NCBI GenBank assembly: GCA_964589775.1
Contig: CAZPUN010000048.1
Location: 1 to 32,000, forward strand
Direction: 5' to 3'
DNA: 32,000 nucleotides
Source: an uncultured archaeon
Lineage (GTDB): Archaea > Asgardarchaeota > Thorarchaeia > Thorarchaeales > CAZPUN01
In this document: positions 8,003-16,373 of the stretch, one piece after another
Layout of the letters: each line of letters starts with the position of its first letter
Position numbering within the stretch: position 1 is the first letter of the stretch
Notes under the pieces: model-generated
Seen by the model: only the letters and a program-made list of their open reading frames with translations
Told to the model about the DNA's origin: nothing
Databases searched by the model: none
Program-made: the position numbers and the translations under genes

Positions 8003-8713
8003 ATGAAAATTGTAGTAACAGGACCTTATGCAAGTGGCAAATCAGAATTAATACAATACTTAACTGATGGAAAAGCAATTAACATTTCGAAAAGAGGAAC
8101 CACAGTTGCCCTAGACCATGGTATAACCCAGGTACAGGGCATTAAGACCGTCTTGTTCGGGTTCCCAGGTCTAATTAGATTTAGAATTATTAGAAAGATA
8201 CTTGCAGAAGGTGCCGATGGAATCATATTTGTAGTTGATTCTTCAAATAAGGAATCAGACGCTCGAGCAAGATTATTATGGAGAGAAATTGGATTTTTCC
8301 TACCTGGGCTACCATGTGTAGTTGCGGCAAACAAACAGGACATTGAAGGCGCTCGTGATATTAATGAAATACGTAAAGATATGAGCTTCCTGGTAGGAGT
8401 CCCAATGATACCAACTTCTGCAACAAAAGGCACAAACGTTAGAAATCTACTTGGAACCCTTATGTATCTCATAGTTATGCAATGGTCTACTGTATTTAAT
8501 GCATTTGCAAAATACTCGGGAGAACCAAATGGAATTGAAAAATTGATGAAAGAACTAAAAATCAGCGAAGATAAAGCAGTGGGATATCTAAAAAGATTCG
8601 AAATCCGCCGCATCATTGAAGTTAGTTTAGACAACAAATCATGGACTATGCCAGATGAATTGAAAGACATATTGACAAATCCGGTTTCACTAATGAGCGG
8701 TCTACCCAAATAA
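8003..8713 (+). CDS. MglA/Ras-like small GTPase with C-terminal winged-helix-like extension
   Basis: G1 GPYASGKS, G2 TTVALDHG, G3 LFGFPGLIRF, G4 NKQD, G5 TSA; about 80 extra C-terminal residues (IEKLMKELKISEDKAVGYLKRFEIRRIIEV). Confidence 0.92.
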   Translation: MKIVVTGPYASGKSELIQYLTDGKAINISKRGTTVALDHGITQVQGIKTVLFGFPGLIRFRIIRKILAEGADGIIFVVDSSNKESDARARLLWREIGFFLPGLPCVVAANKQDIEGARDINEIRKDMSFLVGVPMIPTSATKGTNVRNLLGTLMYLIVMQWSTVFNAFAKYSGEPNGIEKLMKELKISEDKAVGYLKRFEIRRIIEVSLDNKSWTMPDELKDILTNPVSLMSGLPK

Positions 8714-8881
8714 TTAATATCGCCGCTATCTCTTTTTTATTCTATATAACAAAATATTTGATTTTGTGTTATTTTTCTTTAATTTTGTGTGCTATAGAGA
8801 ATGGCTAAAATTCATCAATACGATAATGTTAAAAGTAAAAATCTAAAATACCAACTTGTTGAAAATATTGAGGTTTGTCCG

Positions 8882-9799
8882 ATGGGCGAAGAAAAGGTAC
8901 AGATCGATATTGATTCGGAAAGATTAGACGACCCATATTATGCAAAAGATAAGTCAAAAGAACTATTTGAACTTGGATACTATTTAGATGCTGCACGTTT
9001 GTATAGCCATGCAGGAAATATTTTCTCAAGCAATGAAGATTTTGAAAACGCGTATGAGTGCTATCTTAATGCACTAGAAGCATATAACAAACTTGAAGAT
9101 CAAGCATCTATAGCAGATGCTCATTATAATATAGCAGTCGCATTAATTAATCTTGAGAAGCCTGACGAAGCAATTGACTATTGTAACAAAGCAATGAAAG
9201 TTTATGTGGATATGAATTTTAATGAAGGTGTAGCAGATACATCATATGCCCTCGGACTTGCATATCAAGTAAAAGGCGATACCGATAAAGCCATAGAATA
9301 TTTCCAAAAGGCAAAACGACTTTATACAAAATTAGGAAACAAAGAGGGCGTAGCATCAGTTTTGGTAGATATTGGAAACCTACACCTTGAAAAAGGCAAT
9401 ACAGATGATGCAATAAAGATGTTCAAGGCAGCACTCAAGATATATACTGAACTTGATGATAAGCAAGGCATGGCAGACATATCAAGCTTAATCGCAGAGA
9501 TATATGATGAAATTGGAAATGTCAGAAGCGCCTCAGACTATTATGTAAAGGCTGCACAATATTACATTGACTCAGAGGATTTTGAAGTCGCACGAGATAT
9601 CATAAGCCAATTAGAAAATAGAATGTTTGATCTTCCAAAGGCTACAAGAAGACGAATCAATAAAGCATTAGATGAATTAATCGAAAAACTTCCACCAAAG
9701 CCTCCTGAAGAAGAACTTGATGAGGATATAGAACTCGAAAGCGATGAATTCGCAGACGAATTTTTCGATGAAGAATTTGATGAAGATCTAGAAGAATAA
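8882..9799 (+). CDS. Tetratricopeptide-repeat protein with acidic C-terminal tail
   Basis: Repeated ~40-aa TPR units (IADAHYNIA, VADTSYALG, VASVLVDIG, MADISSLIA); tail EEELDEDIELESDEFADEFFDEEFDEDLEE. Likely ATG 8882 after GAGGT; ORF track start is 8801. Confidence 0.88.
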   Translation: MGEEKVQIDIDSERLDDPYYAKDKSKELFELGYYLDAARLYSHAGNIFSSNEDFENAYECYLNALEAYNKLEDQASIADAHYNIAVALINLEKPDEAIDYCNKAMKVYVDMNFNEGVADTSYALGLAYQVKGDTDKAIEYFQKAKRLYTKLGNKEGVASVLVDIGNLHLEKGNTDDAIKMFKAALKIYTELDDKQGMADISSLIAEIYDEIGNVRSASDYYVKAAQYYIDSEDFEVARDIISQLENRMFDLPKATRRRINKALDELIEKLPPKPPEEELDEDIELESDEFADEFFDEEFDEDLEE

Positions 9800-9803
9800 A
9801 CTA

Positions 9804-9820
9804 TTTGCTTTTCTTTTTTT
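9804..9820 (+). terminator. Oligo-T terminator after the TPR gene
   Basis: TTTGCTTTTCTTTTTTT directly after the stop codon. Confidence 0.55.
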
Positions 9821-9909
9821 AATTCATATTGTAAATCTATAAAAGTAGGTTCATCTAGACTAGGTTTTTATATGTAGATAACATAGGAATATTATTAGAT
9901 AAAAGACTC

Positions 9910-12900
9910 ATGGGAGAAATAAATATGAAACGGATTTGTACATTTACGATTATTTTGTTATTCATATTTTCAAGTACACCAATTATGATACCAAATTATT
10001 CCACAGGTAGAAGTATAATTAATAATTCAATAAGCCAGATGCCTGATGAGAATAATATTGTACCATTACGAAAAGTTGTAATCGTAAAAGATATACCAAC
10101 AAGTTATATTGATGATTTTTCGTATATTGCAGCAGTACCTACATCTATTTTTATGTACAGCGGAAAACAATATATTTCACCAGTTGTATACTCTGAGAAT
10201 ATAGATTCAGCAAAATGGTTGTTAGGTGATTGGGGAACCTACTTATCCCAAGATAGTGGAGAGATCCGTGCGACTGCAATAGGTGAAATATCATTTGAAG
10301 AGCGTCAAGCTGCACAAAACTATTTGAGAACAAAAGTGTTCCCAACGATTATTGGAGATACTTCTGCAGATATTGCAGCACAGCTTGCAATTAATGATTG
10401 GGAAACTGCAAACCATGCAGTGCTTGCGTTAAGTAAAGATGATTTTGGAACGTTACAAACAACTACGGGTGAATTTCAGTATCATTTTACGAATGCTGTT
10501 GAGCGTAACATTACATTTTCAGGCACAGTATCAGAGGGAAGTTCTTATACGAATAGTTTTACAACAACCGATTCAGATGGTTGGATTTTTGGCTATGTGA
10601 ATTGGAGTAGAGGTACATCAACACCGGGACCAATATTAACACATCTATTAGTGGACCCATCAGGAAATAAAGTAGATTATTCATTTTTGGAAAGAGTCTA
10701 CTTTGAACGAAATCCGGCATATTCAGGTTCTGTGATGCCATTATATTTCTGGTTCCCAAATACACAACCAGGAACATGGAATTTGACCGTCTATGGCAAG
10801 TATAATTTAGCAGGAACCGTTTCTTATGAGGGAATAGTTAAATTATGGCCCGGAAAAAGTTTTGAAATCGATGTCCCACAAAATGCGAAATATCTAAATG
10901 TTTCAACTTTCTGGGAGAGAACATCTAAAAACATAGATATATTTTTGGTAGATCCTGATGGCCACGTTGGCGAATGGGGCGTCGGGAAAAACCTACTAAC
11001 TGGAGCACAGGAGAGTCTATCGGTTCCATATCCTAAGGCAGGTAAATGGAAAGTATGCGTAATTTGGGAAGAACCAGATGGGACGAACCTTGATGGCACA
11101 ATTAATTACAAAATACAGACATTTAATGGAGATTTACCAAAATATATGGAATCTGCAGCAAATGGAGCCGTAATTGCATCACTGACAAACTCACCATTAC
11201 TTTATATTAATCCCGATTCAATACCCTCCAGTACATTAAATGCACTTCAGAAACTTTCAGTGTCTAGTATAGAAATAGTGGATCCACATGGTCTTGTCGA
11301 AACAACAGTAGTGAACCAACTTCAATCAGCAGGATATACGGTCTCATTACTCCAAAGCTATTCTACATTAGTTCCTCGAATTCAATCATTATCATCAGAC
11401 AATGATATTGTAGTAGTACCAGTCATTGGAAATAACACCTCATATTTCCCAGCAGCTACGCTATCTGCAGCATTTCATGGAGCTGCAGTCTTTAGTCTAT
11501 CAGGTGAAGAGCAAACATTAACAACACGTATTGAAGGCGCCTGGTCTCCATTTAAGATAGGCCCTGAAATTAATATTTATGTTACAACACAATATGCTAC
11601 AAGAAACGAAAATGGCTGGATCGATGAAAGAATCCCTAACATCTATATGATGGCACGAACTGAAATCGCTTTTGAAGATTGGCTAACAAATCATTCAGCA
11701 AAAAGTGGTGGAGTTCAAAGTATAATAATATTCTCACCAACGGATCTAATTAAGACAACATTCGATCGCTCAATAATAGGTTCATATCGCCCAGGTCGTA
11801 TCTTAGGAAAAACTGCAGCAATGGATGCGATTATGACATCTAGGGCAATCCTACATAGATTTTTAGCAACCGTCGCCACAGGAAAGGATACTGCATTCCT
11901 AACAATGTACGCTTATGATTATGGAACTCTCGTGCCGAATAATTATGGAACAAGTGAACAGATCTTCGAACGCCAGATGATTCGAACTGCTTTATCCAAT
12001 GTAGGTTATTCAATTTCAGAACACATAGGAAAAGATGCTGTAATAGCTGCATTAAACCAACAGCCCGCCCAATGGTCAATTAGCACTCATGGAACATTAA
12101 CGGAAGAACCAACAGATCCACCAAAAAGACCTGATGGAATTGGTGTTATGTCTCTTAGAGATGAAGACGCACCATATGGTTTTGAAGGAAATCAATCAAC
12201 TCCAGATATAAACCATGACAAGATAGTAAATCCAGTAATTAGCCAAGATGAATTATCAAAACATGTAACTCTTACAGGACCTGAACTTGATGCAGCATTA
12301 AATAATATAGGCTCAACTATAGTTGGCTTTACAGCATGTCTTATTGGAGGTACAAAAATACCTTACATTTTAATGAAACATTCTGCAGTCGGAGTAATTG
12401 CTTCACCTAGAACAGTATACTTTAGACCTGCAGGTTATTTGGCTGTAGAATTCGTAAGACAACTCGTAGCAGGAAATACAACGGGTGAAGCATTGAGACT
12501 AGGAATTTTATTGACTTCTGCAACTTATGGACATACAATTAAATATCTAGACTATGCGAACCAGCATTACTTGGCAGGAGATCCAGAAATTCGTTTATAT
12601 AAGCCAAGTGAATTAACACACATACCTTCCGTTGATCCTAATTCGCTCGATCTTGCAGGACATAAGCCAAATTCAGGATTACCATCTATTGCTGTTATTG
12701 GTGGAGATGGTACATTAGCTCACACACTTAAGCTATTAGGAATTAATTATGACTATTTTGATTCTACAAATGTTAGTGAATTCATTGATAATTTACTTCT
12801 ATATCCGACAAGCATGTTTGCCTCCGGTGCAGTGAACCAATTTAACACCGTACTGACTCAAAATTCTGAAAAAATAAATTATTATTTGATGGGCGGTGGC

Positions 12901-13695
12901 ACCATCGAAATTTTAGGCGCAAATACAACAATTTCATGGCTACAATATTCTCCAGATGTTTCTGTGAAATCCGGTACTTCATTCACATTTGATGATACGG
13001 GACATCCATTAGTTTCATCACCAAACACATTATCGCCAATGGCATACCAATATGTATTTTCAAACATATCGCCTAATATTACAGTAATCGCCTCTGATGG
13101 CAATGATGCTATCTGGATTGCAGGAATTGTCGGTCTTGGAAAACTAACAATTACAACACTTCAAGTGGATAGCAATCAGAACTATGTTGAAAATCTTGCA
13201 TCATGGTATGAAAAACCAAGTATAATCTTGCAGGCTGCAATATATAGCGAGGAAATCATATGGTCGGGAGATACATTCCATATAACATTCAAGTTAACTA
13301 ATATTTACGGCGAAACGATAACCGGAATAAATCTGACAATATGGCTAAATACAACACGTATTTCCATCTCAGATTCCGGAAATGGAACATATGTCCTTAA
13401 TCTTGATGCAGAATGGACAAAGACACACGAAGGATATACGAGCCTGAGATTAGTCGCTTCAAAAGCAGGTTATGATACATTGACACTCTCACTACCAAGC
13501 ATATATATCAGACCATTAGGATACGGTATATTAATGATCGCATTAGCAGTTGGAGTCGTTGTATTATTCATTATGGGATCTTGGGCATTAGGCAAAATCC
13601 GTAAAGGACACAAAACAGAAAAGAAACGAAAACCAGAAAAGAAAGAATCAAAGTCAGAACCTACAGATGTGAAAGATATATTGGGTGTAAGGTAA
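9910..13695 (+). CDS. Large secreted, C-terminally anchored protein with CWB2-like motifs, PPC-like beta domains and a C25/gingipain-like peptidase domain
   Basis: Signal peptide MKRICTFTIILLFIF; IIGDTSADIAAQLA and GAVIASLTNSPLLYINPDSIP (cell-wall-binding-2-like); IDIFLVDPDG..PKAGKWKV (PPC-like); STHGT, FTACLIG and LAGDP (clan CD pattern); C-terminal TM helix and Lys-rich tail. Confidence 0.72.
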   Translation: MGEINMKRICTFTIILLFIFSSTPIMIPNYSTGRSIINNSISQMPDENNIVPLRKVVIVKDIPTSYIDDFSYIAAVPTSIFMYSGKQYISPVVYSENIDSAKWLLGDWGTYLSQDSGEIRATAIGEISFEERQAAQNYLRTKVFPTIIGDTSADIAAQLAINDWETANHAVLALSKDDFGTLQTTTGEFQYHFTNAVERNITFSGTVSEGSSYTNSFTTTDSDGWIFGYVNWSRGTSTPGPILTHLLVDPSGNKVDYSFLERVYFERNPAYSGSVMPLYFWFPNTQPGTWNLTVYGKYNLAGTVSYEGIVKLWPGKSFEIDVPQNAKYLNVSTFWERTSKNIDIFLVDPDGHVGEWGVGKNLLTGAQESLSVPYPKAGKWKVCVIWEEPDGTNLDGTINYKIQTFNGDLPKYMESAANGAVIASLTNSPLLYINPDSIPSSTLNALQKLSVSSIEIVDPHGLVETTVVNQLQSAGYTVSLLQSYSTLVPRIQSLSSDNDIVVVPVIGNNTSYFPAATLSAAFHGAAVFSLSGEEQTLTTRIEGAWSPFKIGPEINIYVTTQYATRNENGWIDERIPNIYMMARTEIAFEDWLTNHSAKSGGVQSIIIFSPTDLIKTTFDRSIIGSYRPGRILGKTAAMDAIMTSRAILHRFLATVATGKDTAFLTMYAYDYGTLVPNNYGTSEQIFERQMIRTALSNVGYSISEHIGKDAVIAALNQQPAQWSISTHGTLTEEPTDPPKRPDGIGVMSLRDEDAPYGFEGNQSTPDINHDKIVNPVISQDELSKHVTLTGPELDAALNNIGSTIVGFTACLIGGTKIPYILMKHSAVGVIASPRTVYFRPAGYLAVEFVRQLVAGNTTGEALRLGILLTSATYGHTIKYLDYANQHYLAGDPEIRLYKPSELTHIPSVDPNSLDLAGHKPNSGLPSIAVIGGDGTLAHTLKLLGINYDYFDSTNVSEFIDNLLLYPTSMFASGAVNQFNTVLTQNSEKINYYLMGGGTIEILGANTTISWLQYSPDVSVKSGTSFTFDDTGHPLVSSPNTLSPMAYQYVFSNISPNITVIASDGNDAIWIAGIVGLGKLTITTLQVDSNQNYVENLASWYEKPSIILQAAIYSEEIIWSGDTFHITFKLTNIYGETITGINLTIWLNTTRISISDSGNGTYVLNLDAEWTKTHEGYTSLRLVASKAGYDTLTLSLPSIYIRPLGYGILMIALAVGVVVLFIMGSWALGKIRKGHKTEKKRKPEKKESKSEPTDVKDILGVR

Positions 13696-13907
13696 ATTAA
13701 CTTACACTTTTTATTTAATTTTTTTATTGAATAATACATGAATTTTAAAATGAAGTTAAATATTATATATGTAATTAATATATATTATAATTAGAATAAA
13801 CAAGAAAATGCTTAAATCAAATTTACAAAATAAAACTTATAAGAATTAAATAATCCCAACAACATGGGACCTTTCAAAGGATAAATCTAATAAAACAGGT
13901 GTTCAAT

Positions 13908-14306
13908 ATGCTTGAACTTGAACAGAAAAAATTAGAGGATGTTCGGAAAATACTAAAAAATATAAGAAAAACGCCGGGGGCTGAGGGAGTCACATCAAGT
14001 ATGTTATTGAGTAAAGAGGGATTACCAATTGTATCTGCACTTCCGGCAGATGTGGAAGAAGCAGAAATGTCTGCAGTCGGAGCAAGCATATTGGGAGCAG
14101 CAGATCTTGCAGCTGAAAGATCAGACCAAGGAATGCTCAAAGAAGTACTTATTACAAATGAAGAAGGACAAATTGTTCTGACAAATTGTGGTGAATCCGC
14201 AATCATAATGGTTTGGGCAGATAAGGATGTAAGATCAGGCTCATTAGTATATGCTGCACGAAAGGCATCAAATGAAATAAAGGCCATATTATGGCCTCAT
14301 GAATAA
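13908..14306 (+). CDS. Roadblock/LC7 (MglB-like) protein
   Basis: GVTSSMLLSKEGLPIVS, MSAVGASILGAA, GMLKEVLITNEEGQIVL; likely ATG 13908 after AGGTG. Confidence 0.9.
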   Translation: MLELEQKKLEDVRKILKNIRKTPGAEGVTSSMLLSKEGLPIVSALPADVEEAEMSAVGASILGAADLAAERSDQGMLKEVLITNEEGQIVLTNCGESAIIMVWADKDVRSGSLVYAARKASNEIKAILWPHE

Positions 14307-14312
14307 AATAAT

Positions 14313-16346
14313 TTATTTTTTGTCTATTAGCCAGTTAATAATATTCATAGCTAATTTTTCATCATATCGTGATGCATAATTCCCACTCATACCATAATTA
14401 TCAATAAAGAAGTTAGTACCCGTAATCACAACACGACCTGTACTGATATTTAGTGCAACTAAGACTGGAGGATAATGAATACCCGAAATGGTACTATTTA
14501 TCTTTCCAAATGCGACTGCAGTGGCATTTCCAGTGATATTCAAGCATGCACCATAATAATCAAATGAGAGCACGCCATCAGTTATGGGATGTGATGTAAT
14601 ATTATCTACCAGATAAGTTCCAACTTTACCGTTAATTACAAGCGTAAACGCAGGCAATTTCTCATATGAGAATTGAACACCAAATGGAGCAATTAATCGA
14701 TTTGCCTCTTTAATGTTTATAGATTCATTATCTAGACCCGCAATGAATAAGCTACCACCTGCAGCTACATAATTATAATAACATTGAACTTCAGCATCTG
14801 TCCAATTTGCCCAAGTGAGAGAAGTGCGATAGTTCTCGTCGAATTTTATAGACCAACTGCTGGGGTCTGGAATAATAATAGCATCATACCGCATTAGATT
14901 AGTCAAATTAATCTCAGAACTATTAGTGATCATTTCCACGTTTATTCCAGAGTATATCAAATTTATGTAATACATTCGAAACTGACCATATATTGAATCC
15001 ATCTGCCAGAACGTATGCGAAATATCAAATGCTACATTTGCCTTGGCATCTATAAAACTAATCTGAGATTTTACATGTTGAATCGTGAAGTTTACCGCAT
15101 AAAATTCCAGATCCACAAAATATGTGTCTGCAGAAATGTTGTCGGGAACATTAAATTCAACATCAATTAATCTTGTTTGATTTACAAATACATGACCAGG
15201 AATTGTTATTATATTATTATTGTCCATAACTTTATGAATATAAACATAAGTCGGTTTTGATGTAATGACAGTTACATAAAACTTCGCATATGAGCCGCGG
15301 AATAATTTCATGAAATTATAAGGCAAATATTTTGGAAGTACAACCATCAGATTTGGAATTTGATCAGTAAATTCGTAAAATTTACTAGCATATTCCAGTG
15401 CATTTTTATTGTTTATGTAACCTGCACCTTCCATCCAATCGGAATATCCTAATTCAACTGCAGAGCTTAAAATGATTCCTTTAATTAGCCCTGGTGTATA
15501 TTTTACGTTACGCACCTTAAATTCATGAATTATATTCGCAACAATTGCAGCAACACGAGGTGTAGCAAATGAAGTACCAATCACTTTAGTCAGCCCGGTT
15601 GTAAAATAACCTTCAGCCACTACATCCGGTTTTAGATAGCCATCACGTACAGGTCCAGTACTACTATACCATGCAATATGATTCGTTTCATCTATTGCAC
15701 CGACAGATATAGCATATGGACTTGCAGATGGTGAATTTATATTTCCAGTACCTAATCCGTAATCTCCATCATTACCTGCAGCACAAACAACGACAACGCC
15801 ATTACTAAATGCCCAAGAAACCGCATCAAGTAATGGATCCTTAGGCAATGTCACAGAACCACCAAGAGATAAATTAATCACATCTGCGCCTTCCTCAACA
15901 GCCCAATGAATAGCAGCAACAATACCTGCAACAGTAGCATGATCCTTAGAGGTGACTACACGCGCATTCAGAATAGCAGCATGCGGCGAATTTTCAGCTA
16001 CAACCATCGCAACATAAGTACCATGCCAATGACCATTAGGGGACGAATCCATAGTAGAAGTATCATTAACATCATAGCCATATTCAGTTGTTATGAAACT
16101 TTTTTCTGAAACTATTCGATTCATTAGCACACCTTGTTGTGAGATACCGGAATCAATAACTGCGACTTTTACATTCAATTGTGATACTATTAATACAGGA
16201 ACAACAAATGCAAAAACAAACGCAATAATGATAATTCCTACAATCAAACCAGCAATTAATTTATGCTTTTTACTGTATGTTACATGATGTGGTTCATAGA
16301 CATCCCAATCCATTACCATAGATAGCACCACATAAGAAGTAGACAT
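14313..16346 (-). CDS. Membrane-anchored S8 subtilase with SKI-1/site-1-protease-like C-terminal region
   Basis: Triad VIDSG / HGTYVA / GTSFATP and oxyanion AAGND; N-terminal TM helix; C-terminal GATase-like domain (YDAIIIPDP, GGSLFIAG, GRVVITG). Start may be 16319 or 16313. Confidence 0.88.
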   Translation of the reverse strand: MSTSYVVLSMVMDWDVYEPHHVTYSKKHKLIAGLIVGIIIIAFVFAFVVPVLIVSQLNVKVAVIDSGISQQGVLMNRIVSEKSFITTEYGYDVNDTSTMDSSPNGHWHGTYVAMVVAENSPHAAILNARVVTSKDHATVAGIVAAIHWAVEEGADVINLSLGGSVTLPKDPLLDAVSWAFSNGVVVVCAAGNDGDYGLGTGNINSPSASPYAISVGAIDETNHIAWYSSTGPVRDGYLKPDVVAEGYFTTGLTKVIGTSFATPRVAAIVANIIHEFKVRNVKYTPGLIKGIILSSAVELGYSDWMEGAGYINNKNALEYASKFYEFTDQIPNLMVVLPKYLPYNFMKLFRGSYAKFYVTVITSKPTYVYIHKVMDNNNIITIPGHVFVNQTRLIDVEFNVPDNISADTYFVDLEFYAVNFTIQHVKSQISFIDAKANVAFDISHTFWQMDSIYGQFRMYYINLIYSGINVEMITNSSEINLTNLMRYDAIIIPDPSSWSIKFDENYRTSLTWANWTDAEVQCYYNYVAAGGSLFIAGLDNESINIKEANRLIAPFGVQFSYEKLPAFTLVINGKVGTYLVDNITSHPITDGVLSFDYYGACLNITGNATAVAFGKINSTISGIHYPPVLVALNISTGRVVITGTNFFIDNYGMSGNYASRYDEKLAMNIINWLIDKK

Positions 16347-16373
16347 AAAATGTTTAAATCTATCGACTCACGC

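Noticed and set aside
8026-8709. 227-aa antisense ORF over the GTPase
   Set aside because: Mirror-frame shadow of a gene with clear motifs; no recognisable features of its own.
9700-9799. GAA/GAT-rich tandem-like repeat
   Set aside because: Explained by codons of the acidic TPR tail; not an independent DNA repeat.
13874-14287. 137-aa antisense ORF over the roadblock gene (likewise 207-518, 26424-26846, 19460-19780 and other short overlapping ORFs)
   Set aside because: Overlap better-supported genes on the opposite strand and show no family motifs.
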